Notes under the pieces: generated by a model
The model's input: only the letters and a program-made list of their open reading frames with translations
The model's database searches: none
What the model was told of the DNA's origin: nothing
Assembly: GCF_006345805.1 (NCBI RefSeq)
Contig: NC_043004.1
Span: forward strand, 47,864,001 to 47,928,000
Length of the DNA: 64,000 bases
Origin: Octopus sinensis
Lineage: Eukaryota
Direction of reading: 5' to 3'
Translations under genes and position numbers: made by a program
Shown here: positions 26,446 through 39,115 of the stretch, piece by piece
How the letters are laid out: each line of letters opens with the position of its first letter
How positions within the stretch are numbered: position 1 is the first letter of the stretch

Positions 26446-29098
26446 AAGTAAGGGAGAATTCTAAATGCTGAACGAATAGAGAAATTTTATTAATCCGCTA
26501 TCCCGCCTAGCCTCCAAATGCAAAATTTCTATGAAAATGTCGATGACTCTCCCGTTTTCCTGGTGTATGTTAAGTTACCTGCAAGTTGGGTCTATACACC
26601 CTAAAGCCGAAATACCCGTATTTCCTTTAAAAGGAAGGGCATATTGGACAATGTAGTCCTGGATATATATTAAAAGGAAATGAGAGCTCACATGGCATTA
26701 AAAAGATGACAGCAGTATAATTTAGTATGTTAAGACAAATTAGTATGTTAATATAGTTATTACGAACAAGTACAATTCGCAGTTTATAACTTAAACCAAT
26801 GATGTCATTCTGTACTTTATTAGTTATTAAATTAGTTGTGCTTTTCAGCCCTAATTTTACTTTTGGGAAAATCAACATAGCAAAAAGAACATTGCAGTAA
26901 TGGAATGAACGATCGACGCCTTAACGTCACTTTTCTTGCACGCTTATTATGATTTCATTTGTATGTTCTGACATAGTGATGCAATTTGGTTCTTGGAGTC
27001 GAAGTAGTACCAATATGCACTTCCAACTCAAAGAAAGGAAGCAGAAACTTACACTGGTTATATATTATTTTTCCCATTTTACATATATTCCATGTATAAT
27101 AAATATATAGCTTCCAAAGATTCGTTTTTTGTTGATTTGTTTATATTTGTATTTTATTCATATTTTCTTCTCCGCTCAATCGAAATTATGAAATGAATAT
27201 CTTTCATATAAAGAAAGTCATTTATTTTCGTAGCAAAACCAATTTCTATTACTTTTCTTTTCTCCTTTTTTTTTAATCCTTGCTGAAATAAATCAGCTTT
27301 TGAAATCTGTCTTACTATGGACATACATATAATTGGAAAGTCTCCATCTAAATCAAATGATATACACTCAACATATTAATTTATATCTTTCTCCATCTGT
27401 GTAATCCCAATAGTAAAGAAGAGACACGTTTATGATATAAATGGAAAATTCAAATCGACATAGAGACTTATAAGCTATCCAAGCAATGTTTTACTTCATA
27501 ATAAATTTCTCAGAAATTAAATCAATCAATACATCTAGACCCTGGCTAATACAACTCTTTATTTCATCGTCATCTTTTCTGCGCGTAAAGAAGAATTTAC
27601 AAACAAATAATATATGAATGTATACACGCCCGTGCGCACAAACAGTGTATATAAACACACACAATCACACATGAGGCCAACATACACACGTATGTATATT
27701 AGTGTCTGTATATATATTTTTCAAAATGTTTCATGTAAAATCGTATATTGAAACAGCTGTTCTAGTATTTAAGAAGTCTCATTCTGTCAATAAACACTCA
27801 CGTACTGATTGTAGTTCATTGACGAACTTAATTAATTTGATAATTTATTGAACAGTCGAAGTCTTGCTATATTACTGAAAATTGACTTCTGACGAAAGTT
27901 ACCATATAACGAACACATTATGTACTCGCTATAACGAACACATTATGTACTCGCAGCGTGGTGAATGGTTTAGGGAACCCGCTTTGCAGTTATTTCGATC
28001 AAGCGGTGTAGTATCATTGGAAAGAAACCTTTACCATAGACTTGGATCTATCAAAATCTTAGTGTTATGAGTAAAGCTGGGTTGACTACGCTTCCGCATC
28101 ATACTTCTTTTTAAAACTCAACATCGTTCACACAGTATAATTGCTTGCTTGTTTGTTTTTTGTCTGGGTTTTTTTCGGGGTTTTTTCTCATCGCAACTGA
28201 TCCTGCTTTATTCAACATTACCCCGAAAAAAATCAATGGAGAAGAAAATCCCATAGCAGGCAAATGCTACATTCCTTTAAAAAATGCCAGATAAACGACT
28301 AATACCCCAATACATTTCGCCAAGGAAATCCCTAGAATATGACTTCAAAGGTTATTCCAGATAATGCTATCTTATTAGACATGGTCTGAGCTAAGGAATG
28401 TCAGAGTTAATAATGGCTTGAGCCTGTAATGGCTTGAGCCCGTAATGGCTTGGGCTAATGATATGCCTAGGCAGGTAATGGCTTGGGCTAATGATAACGA
28501 AAACGTAAGTTATCTAAGCTCACTTGATAGATTGGGCCTATAATTCAAAAGACTATCCTTATCTCAAGCCGGGTCACGCTGAGCCTAAATTTAAGGTAAA
28601 CATGCTTATTGAATTCTCAGCTTCGTATGCATCAGGTCAATGTGTAGATAGTTCAGTTATTCAAACAACTGAATACGTGCCACCGACATATTTACAGAAA
28701 ATCTAGAACCTAGTGGCATATATTTGAATAACACTGTCAAATACCATGCAACAAATTATTTTCATTTATTGAAATCATCTCCGCCTGGAAAGAACACATC
28801 ATTGTTATGGCTAACTCCACATGGGAAAGAAAGATAATCATTAGTACGATATCAGTACGACAGTTGTCCGACTTCATTTCCAATAGCCAAAATACTTCGA
28901 CTTATGCAAAACAAAGTAGAAAACGGTGATGGCCAAAGTAATCTGCATAATTTACTGAAATGAAAGTAGGTGGCAAGGTTAGGTGTACTTTTCTGTAGGT
29001 TGATGAGTGTCCGTGAATTTGTGTATTCACGCGAGATCTTGTTGAATTTGATTTGGCTTTCGTATACACTTTCACGCGTACACACACCTGCACATACG

Positions 29099-29132
<34 letters not shown>

Positions 29133-29750
29133 CTCATATACACACATATACAAAAACACACGTACTCGCACACATACATACGCACATGCACACGCACACA
29201 CACTTTATCCTTTTGCTCTTATTACTCATGTTTTGCTGTCTACCTTGTTCTTAACGCTTGAATTGCTAGCACATGTTTTTTGTTTTTGTTTTTCTTATTA
29301 GTTCATTCGTGTCGTCAGTAAGTCTGGCGGTTAATTGTTTAATTTTGTTCTTTCTGCTGTTGTTCGTTATTGCTTTCTTGTCGAAATAGAGAGTTTTGTT
29401 TTGTTAAATAGTTAGTGATTTTTGGTTTAAATTATATTCTTGCGATATTTTTTCTTAGTTTTTCATTTTCGCACGTCTCAGCAGTTTTCCTAACATATCA
29501 AAGCACCATTTTCCTTGGCACCTAGGCACCTGTTTCCGTCATCAACTCAGTTTATGCTACCTGCTAAACTATAATCCCAACATATATGTTTATACCTACA
29601 GACATCACATGCACACTGTGTGCATACATACGTACATACATATATGCGCATATGTATACATCTATGAATGTGGTTCTTCATAGACCCACATACATATACT
29701 CTCATACACACATATATATACAGATATGCATAAATATATATATATCTATA

Positions 29751-29786
<36 letters not shown>

Positions 29787-29974
29787 TGTATGTATATATA
29801 TATATATATATATACATATTTATATATATATATATATATATATATACATGTGCATATACATTCGTACTCAAACACACAAACACACGCCCAAATACGCCGC
29901 ACATGTGCATATATTTACCTTGCAATATATTACTAGGCCAAAAGTTTGGAATATAGGTCTGAAAATTAGTGAAA

Positions 29975-30207
29975 CTTCATGGAATATCTCTGCTCAATGA
30001 GTTCGTTGAAGACGAAAATCCGAGGAGCGCACACTAAACGTCTGTAATCTCGGCATAACAGTCGAGAACTAATGCGGCCTACTCGTGCGAAAATGTTCAC
30101 GCATGCACAAGAAAAGTTGTTACAACTTTCATCCAGAGGATATTGCCCATGCGGTATTAGCTTTAGCGGAAAAAGCAAAGCCGGATGCGTTTTGAAAACA
30201 CCTCGTA
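29975..30207 (-). mobile_element. Mariner 5' fragment (TIR, 5' UTR, transposase start)
   Basis: Minus strand starts TA-CGAGGTGTTTTCAAAA (mariner-type TIR) and reaches NELIEQRYSMKF (EQR-x-x-I/M-KF N-terminal motif). Confidence 0.6.
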
Positions 30208-30391
30208 TTGGCAGCAAGACCAACTTTGCGTCTCTTTTTTTCGTGTTTTCTTTTAATATCGACTTCGATAAATTAGACCTTGAAATTCGTCTTAGGGTGA
30301 ATATCTGTATAACTGGAAAGTGTGCATCAATAAAGTTTCCTCTATGTATTGGGATAACATATATATATATATATTATATATATATATTATC

Positions 30392-30467
<76 letters not shown>

Positions 30468-31529
30468 GGTGCGAAATGGATATCTAGCCATGGCTAGCTG
30501 TCCTTTGCTAAGCCAAAGAACCTAATATAACAGTACGGTCAGACATTATGTGGTCATTTCAGGTTTCTAGAGCTATATCTTAATTTCATTGCATTACTTT
30601 AATGCTGAGTGATAAAATTTCGAATGTTTGTTATTAGCCATCAGGGTTGTACCTTTTAATCTCTGCTTTATGGTGAAAATGTTATAGTCAATGATATTTT
30701 ATTCTTTATTTCGTCATCTAGTATTCTTTAATATTATAATGACACATTTTGCGCAAATTATTTAAAAGATTATTTCCTTGCGACATTAACTAACACTCCT
30801 TTGCATTAGAATTTTACTTACATAAAACGCTTGAAGCACATACACATACCAGGTGTGTTATTAGATTATGCTGAAGTAATTGCGACTCCACTTTGAAATC
30901 CAGCCTGCAGCGATTTCACTTCATCTTTCTGGTAACATGTTTAATAAAGAAAACAATGACACACCAAACGTTCACCTTTATCTTGTAAAACTGAAACCTT
31001 GTACCTGCGTAAAACTCCATTTATCAGCTGAATCATGGTATGGTGGTAAGCTAGCGAATATTTCCATTTATTTCCCATATTATTACATTCTAACGCCAGA
31101 AGGTCTTCAACGTCACATAAGATCATACCTCTAAACTTTAAATAAATGAGGCTATGCCTCTAGGTAAGAAATCTGTATAACGCAGCCCGCGCCATATAAT
31201 GGGTTGTCATTTTTCTAATGAGAATATAGAATCCCCGCTGAAACCATTCTTCCATTGTATGTAATTCCTTTGAGAGAAACGTGGACATCGCAAATGCATC
31301 TAAAACTATAAAATATACATGGATGCACGAAAGAGAGCAATAATTAGATTTGATCTAGAGAGAAAAGGTATCGGTGGATTAAACGACGGATGGGAGACGA
31401 AAACAGAAAAAGATCAACACGGCAGAACGTTTTGAAATAAATTAGGAGACAGAGAAAATTAACATGACACCCTACGTGCAAGGTAAACAAGCAAATTCAT
31501 GATGCGTTCCATTTTTTTTTCCTATAGTC

Positions 31530-31718
31530 GTTGGCGTGGCTGTGTGGTAAAAAGTTAGGTTTCCAACCACATGGTTTCAGATTTCGCCCTTCTGAATGGT
31601 GCATTGAACAAGTATCTTATACTATAGGCTCAGGCCGACTAAAACCTTGTGAGTGGATTTGTTACACGGACACTGAAAGAAGCCGGTCGTGTGTATATAT
31701 ATATCTGTGTGAGTGTAC

Positions 31719-31798
<80 letters not shown>
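31530..31798 (+). mobile_element. SINE family B with (GT)n tract
   Basis: GGCGTGGCTGTGTGGTAAAAAG head; GTGAGTGGATTTG...CTGAAAGAAGCC. Confidence 0.8.
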
Positions 31799-31801
<3 letters not shown>

Positions 31802-32926
31802 GCGCCGAAAATGTATCGTGCGATACAGACAAGAAAGTAATATTTCGAACGCATTATCACTGTTAAAACACCCAAAAAATTGGGTATTATTACCTTTATA
31901 AGGCGGAAAAAGTTGTCAACAAACATCCGTAGGCTCTGTGTGGTGAGGAATCTAGGTGTGTTACCTTACTGCTTGGTAAATGGTGTTTTCTTTTTACTCC
32001 CACGTAACTCTGTGGTTCATCAAAAACTCCATAGAATAACTACCTCACTTCAAAACTAAGCACTATGATCTACCTGTCCGTTTAAAATTCCTTCAAGACG
32101 GTGTAATTGTTTGAGCATTAGAGAAAGAGAGAGAGAAAGAAATAAAGATGAAAAAGTAATAAATGCGAGTATTTTCTGCCATAGTGTATTATTTAATATG
32201 GTGTCAGTTTTGGTCGTTGCTGTTGCAGAGTATTCACATTTGGTGGTTCTGGCTGTCGAGATCGCCTTATACTGACATGAACTTAAACTTCGTTCAATTG
32301 CCTTTTCGCTCCTTCTTTCTTGTCATTTTGTTTGATTATTAGAATGATCTCTCCTGTATCAATCCAGATCTAATCTAAATTCATGGATCTGTCGTGTCAT
32401 CTTCTTCCGAAAGTCTGGTTATTGTTTACGTAGAATTAACTTATCAGAAAACAAGAACACCTGCGTTTAAATGGAAATATAAACCAGTTAAGTATTCATT
32501 ATTGACAATTTCAATTACCCATAACACTGACGCAAGCATTTTAGAAGTTTTATTCATACACTTAAAGTAAAATGTGTTTGTTTGCGAGTAAAAATGGTTT
32601 CTCGTATATTTACTCTTGTGTTTAGGCTGCAGCCATGTTAGGGCTGTCACTTATGATTTCCTGAAACTTTTTTAGAATTCCTTTGATTTCATATTTTAAG
32701 TAAGATATTCGGAAATACCATATCTATGTAAATATGGAAATATACATACAATTGTGTATGTATTTATATTTATGTTATATGTGTGTATGTGTGTATGTAT
32801 GTGTCTTTGTGCGTTTGTGTGTCTACATATCTATACATATATATGTGCATATAAGTATCTGAATATGTGTATTCATGTATCTGTACATGTATCTTGTGTA
32901 TGTATATATATATATATATATATATC

Positions 32927-32965
<39 letters not shown>

Positions 32966-33059
32966 TTATAAAGACAAAGACTAGGAGAGAGAGCAGTTAA
33001 AGCCAACTCCATGCGTGCTGAATGTGGCCAAAGTTTGTTTCTTCTCCCTCTTTCACTTT

Positions 33060-33107
<48 letters not shown>

Positions 33108-33213
33108 CATATGTGTATATATATATATATATGTATGTATGTATATATATATAATATATATATATATATATCTTTATATATATATATATATATATAAACA
33201 CACACGCATATAT

Positions 33214-33252
<39 letters not shown>

Positions 33253-33538
33253 ACTATATCTGTGTGTGTATGTGTGCGTGTGTGTGTGTGTGTATGTTTT
33301 GTGTGTGTGTGTGCGTGTGTGCTATACTCTTCTAACAGCTTATATACAGATACTAAGTACATTTTGTCGTTTGCGTTTCCGAGTCGACATTTTTTTTCTC
33401 CATTTATGCGGTTAGGATTCAGTTCCGCCCGAATCACGCCATGAAATAAGTGATCGCGATGGAAATTTGTAAAATGCCATTGAAATTTCTATTGAATGTG
33501 AAACTCTCCCTGTCTGTTGTCTCTCTCACACATAGACA

Positions 33539-33594
<56 letters not shown>

Positions 33595-33896
33595 CTCCTT
33601 TCTGTCTCTCTCTCCCTCTTTCTCTTTCTCTTTATCTAGCTTTTTGTGTCAGCAACAAAAGTATTCTGTTAACAATTATAGTTTGTAATTCTAACAATGA
33701 TGGAGGGAAGTGAAATGTTGTAGAACGAAAGAGTAGATTGAAAGTGAATAATAGATGCAACATGGTCGCTAAGACAAGCCATGAATTGACGGGAAAGTGT
33801 CAACTTCTACAGATGTGTTATAAAAGAATTTGGCCGGAAGAGGTGAAGATTTTTATATCTATTTGCTGAATGTGTGTCTGTATACACACACACACG

Positions 33897-33978
<82 letters not shown>

Positions 33979-33997
33979 TGCATGCATACGCATATAC

Positions 33998-34038
<41 letters not shown>

Positions 34039-34146
34039 TATACATACACACATATATGCCTATATACATATACATATATGTATACGCATAGATTTTTATA
34101 TATAACTATATGCACATAATCAGTTGAAGGAAGTTACAACTTGGTC

Positions 34147-34178
<32 letters not shown>

Positions 34179-34210
34179 ATGTATACATATATGTGTATAT
34201 ATATATACAT

Positions 34211-34262
<52 letters not shown>

Positions 34263-34267
34263 TAAGT

Positions 34268-34432
34268 AAATAAATGGAGTTGAACGAAGATGTTATTAAA
34301 ATTCTTTTACTTTCTACATATGTTTCGAAGACAACATTGGTTTTATTCCAAAGGAATAAACGGTGTTGTCTTCGAAACATATGTCGAAAGTAAACGAATT
34401 TTAATAACATCTTCGTTCAACTCCATTTATTT
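34268..34432. repeat. About 165-bp near-perfect palindrome (about 81-bp arms) derived from a Penelope-like pLTR
   Basis: Arms AAATAAATGGAGTTGAACGAAGATGTTATTAAAATT.../...AATTTTAATAACATCTTCGTTCAACTCCATTTATTT, centre TTCC-AAA-GGAA; each arm carries GAAACATATGT(C/A)GAAAG. Confidence 0.9.
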
Positions 34433-34628
34433 CTTTATACTACACAAATTACTGCACATTAACCCGGAGTTTCTACCTTTGAATAGGTCGCTTCATCCGT
34501 GTTACTTGCGTCAATTTTGCTACCCTGGTAACTGTTTATTGAATTTTCCATGTTAACGGTAAAGAAAGGATAATTCTTTCATCCATTTACGTTTTTATAT
34601 ACATATACATAGACATATATATATGTGG

Positions 34629-34690
<62 letters not shown>

Positions 34691-36394
34691 AAGTAAGAAA
34701 AAGCGAGGGAGAAATAAAGAGCGATATATCCAGACATTCTGTATGATTCATAAGTACACTTCGTGGTCAACTAATCTTGGCTTCATTACCGCTGTGCAGC
34801 GTTTTAAGGAAGTGTTTCTTGCTGGTCAAGTTATACAGACACTTCTGATGTCTGATTAAGCTTGTTCGTCAGTTATTCAATATAAGGAGAAACAGTTAAA
34901 TTTGTCATGTTTGTATTCTGCTACGTAAATTTCCATATATCATATCATACCTTGATACTGTGTGTATTGATGTCCCTGTTGAAAGGCCACTGATATCAAA
35001 AAAGTAACAGAAACTTGCCGCAAACCGTGCGCTCAGCAGGAGATATCGTCAGAACTCCCATCCGACAAGTGCTTGGGTCCTTATGCCTGACACTCTACGG
35101 GAGCCGGTTTCACTCCGGTCATTACTACTAGGTATTCTCCTGATGCTTTTCAAAATCTTGTCTCCAGTGGGATTTGAACTTAGGTTCTTATGTTCTCAGG
35201 TCTGTATTTCAGTCCTCCAGGCCACTTTAACCGACGAAGGAACCAGTTCTCTTCTTCATTATATTCCTGTAAATAACCAATGGAATTCGTAACTAGGTCC
35301 ATTGGTCATTTCTCTTCGCTCCACATTGAGCTCTTTTCAGCAACATCAGACAAACGTTTAATTGTGGCAGTTCTTCTACAGCCCTTGATATCCAACTGCT
35401 CGAGTAGCCGACAGGTTGATTCAATCACGAATCCTCGCGATCCAACTTTAACTGGTTTCAGAGTACAGTGGTAAGCCTCAGTGCCTAGCTGCTTTGCCAG
35501 CTCACCGTATTTGCTTATCTCTTATGGTACTGACAATTCAATTAGTATCACTTTGACACCGGCTCGACAGGTCACTGATATTAAATAAAGTGTTAATTAT
35601 TAACAGTGTACAAATTAATAGCCCCTGTGCTCCAAAACAACTTGATTTGCTATGGATACAATCACATTGCTCCCCGTATTTTTCTGGCATTAGTCAAATT
35701 ATATAGACACCTCTACATGATAAGAACCCGATAAGGCTCGAAAATCTATGAAGCCTGTTTGGAGAAATCGTTAATGAGTGTAATTTTAGCAAGCTGTGGT
35801 TGTTGTGTTTTACTGAGAACATTTGAAAAATAAAGATAAATGTAAATTGTAAGGACATGTTTCAACACTCTCTCTATGGACAGAAGATTGCAGGTCCTGT
35901 CTGTCTGCATAAATTGCTTTGGAACAGCTTTTGTGGGACTGCATGGCCACTAGGTATCAAGTCATGGAGATTGCGTATACTTATATATATACTTACATAA
36001 ATATATATAAAGATATTGTGGTTTATAATGGTATCAGTGGCTTAGCATGCGTAAAAAACCATACAGGTAAAATTATCAATTAATTAAGGATACTACGGGC
36101 AGTACCAGCATGCTGAATTAGTTCTCCTCAAACGCTTTAACTATCGCCTTTTCTCTTCTACAAGCACTTCCTCACTTCCACCTTGATACAGTTCAACAAA
36201 ATTCAATGCACTGCAAAAAGATTACTGCCGATAGCAGTAAGGTGGAAAATGAGAGTGCAGGAAAATGGAAATCGAAAGACAAACGGGGACAAAACATGAT
36301 GAGACGTTTGTTAAGAGACTCATGCAGCGCGTTGTTAGCCCGTACATATTAATATTAGAGTGTTCCCACTTATATATACATATATCCGTATCTA

Positions 36395-36455
<61 letters not shown>

Positions 36456-37520
36456 CATACAAACATACATACATACATATGCATGGTTGCATGTATCTAT
36501 GTATATGTATGTGTATATATGTTTGTGTACGTATGTCCATTTGTTTGTATAAGAATAATCATTACTTACATTATCTATTGTATCATTCCTACTCAGTGTT
36601 TCAGCCATTTAACAACATTATATAGGAGTTAGTGAGTTTATAAAAGTAGTTGAGATACTTGAATAAAAAATAAACATATTTCTTAGTTTTAGATGAAAAT
36701 ATAAACATTTGAACATTTTTTGAAGGAATATTTATAAAAATTGAAATTTTCTTAGTTCTTTTTGAATCTGGTTTAATTTTATATTTATGTAGATATTTTA
36801 CAGTGATTTTTTAAAAATATGCACACTGTATAAGTTCTCTGCTTATTTATTTATTTTTTCCGATTCAAAGCAGTCTTTCTTTTGTTCGATAGTTTTGCAG
36901 GAAGTACAGAAAAAATGTCTAAACCTTGTGTCCTTTTTAATGATTTTACAGAGGAAATAAGTAACAGAATAAAAGTTTCAAGCAAGATTTGTCTTCTGTG
37001 GATAAGAGTGCAGACTAAGACGACCAGCCACGCAATATAAGCACAACGAGATATATAAAAAGAAAAAAAAGTACTGAAGTAGAATATACACACTCATATA
37101 GGTCTGCAAAGATATATTTTCTCACATAATCTAATTATAAATCCATTTATTAAAATATCCCATGTTAACAATGAAAAGTTTATTAAGAGTTTGGAAGGCC
37201 TCCTGTAATTGATCAGCATGCTGCCAGATAATGTGCTCATTAGAAAATAAATGAAATCAATAAACGCCTCACCTTTAAATTTTGATAATTGTAAGTTGCT
37301 TTATCGTTCAGTAAACAGTCAGAATAGAATCTTGACAGGTCGATAAAACCAAATAAAACTGTCTATAGTCGGGGCATTATCCAGTATATTTTGTAGAGTG
37401 AAGCACCATTGGCTTAACTGCAGCCTCATTGTCCACGGTGACTTGTGTATATATATATATATATATGCATACTTACATATTTGAGGTGATCGTTATAGGT
37501 ATAAAAATATGCCATAAACA

Positions 37521-37920
37521 AGTATTATAAAACGGGATTCAATGCAAACGTACGTTTCGAAAAACAATGGAAAAATGTAAGAAAAAATTTATATCATAGC
37601 GATTATAATTATAATTGAAAATAAAAAATTAAAATCAAGAAAAAATAAAAATAAAATTTTAAAATCTAATTTATGCATTGTCATTCTCATTAGTGAGAAA
37701 TCTTTTGAAGGACACCAAAAAGTCTAATAAGATGAAGTAAAATGAGATAAAAATAAAATAAAATAAAATGAGATACAATAAGAGATCTATGTTGTTCCAT
37801 CTATGTTCTCTTATGCCCCATCTATGTTCTCTTATGCCCCATCTGTGTTCTCTTATTGTATCTTATCTACTGCCTTGTTTTTCGAAACGTACGTATGTAT
37901 TGAATCCAGTTTTATAATAA
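37521..37920. repeat. About 50-bp inverted repeats (37521-37570 and 37871-37920) flanking about 300 bp
   Basis: TTGTTTTTCGAAACGTACGT(A/T)TG(C/T)ATTGAATCC present in both orientations. Confidence 0.7.
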
Positions 37921-38061
37921 GTCTATTTCTGTTTCAACATCTTCATTCCATTTTTTAATACTTCTTTATGGTATATTTTTATACCAATAACGAATCTCTT
38001 CAAATATTATTTTCATATCCTTGTTACCTGTTTTGGCTGTTTTTCATGAAAATGATGAATA

Positions 38062-38098
<37 letters not shown>

Positions 38099-38764
38099 GA
38101 CAAGCGTCTTTCAATTTCCGCAAACTAAATCGACTAGCTAGATTTTGTTCGGCATGGGTTACATTAAAGACAATTGCTCATGGTGTCACGCAGAGCGCCA
38201 TACTTCTCAACTACACAACCCCACCTGCAACGTGCACCAACGCTACACACACACACAAACACACATGCAAACACTCGCATGTACACACACTTACGCACAT
38301 ACATACATATATACATACACTCACATCATACACACATACAAGCACACAAACATAGCTGATATGTATGACAACACACACTCACATATGAAGGTACGTAAGG
38401 TAATAATTCGGTTGTTGGGCTCGTATCCTGGGGTCCATCGGTTGTGGTTTCAATTTCGTTTCATGAAAGAGAGTATCGGCTCTGTGTCGACGAAACTTTT
38501 TCTCACCCTTTACTTACAAGGTATATGCCTTTATCTGTGAGGCGCTTTTACACTGGATCAAGAGTTGGAGAGCTGAGAGTGTGTTTTCTCTGATCGTGGC
38601 TACATAGGCACCTAAAATAATTGCGGAAGGACGGTACATGCTAACAGCTCATGCACGCTTGGAAGTAACAGCTATATTTGCTCGAAGTATATGTAAACGC
38701 GCGCGAACATACACAAGGACACACACATACACACACAGGCACACACGCATATACTAAAATGCTG

Positions 38765-38947
38765 GCCAACAAACAGAAACCAGTAGTTCACACCAAACGC
38801 CGAGGTCTATTGTCGAAGCAGATGGTTCTTGCACGGCAATACACGCTCACGTACGACCGCCCATACAACTGAAACCATTGAAAATCTGGACTTCCAGTTG
38901 CTGGAAGACCATGCATACAGTCCAGATATTTTCCCCTTCCGACTATC
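38765..38947 (+). mobile_element. Mariner (DD34D-type) transposase internal fragment
   Basis: With one frameshift: KRRGLLSKQMVL-HGNTRSRTTAHTTETIENLDFQLLEDHAYSPDI, matching the KRRG...LHDNARPH...HPPYSPDL motif. Confidence 0.75.
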
Positions 38948-38948
38948 A

Positions 38949-39115
38949 ACGTTAGCACGCCGGGCAGAATGCTTTGCGGCATTTCGCTCGTCTTAACATT
39001 CTAAGTTCAAATACGGCCGAGGTCGACTTCACCTTTCATTCTTTCGGGGTCGATAAAATGAATAGCAGTTGAGTCCTGGGGTCATTGTAATCGATTAACA
39101 CCCACACCCGAAATA
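38949..39115 (+). mobile_element. SINE family A inserted at the end of the mariner fragment
   Basis: CGTTAGCACGCCGGGC...GAGGTCGACTTCACCTTTCATTCTTTCGGGGTCGATAAA. Confidence 0.8.
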
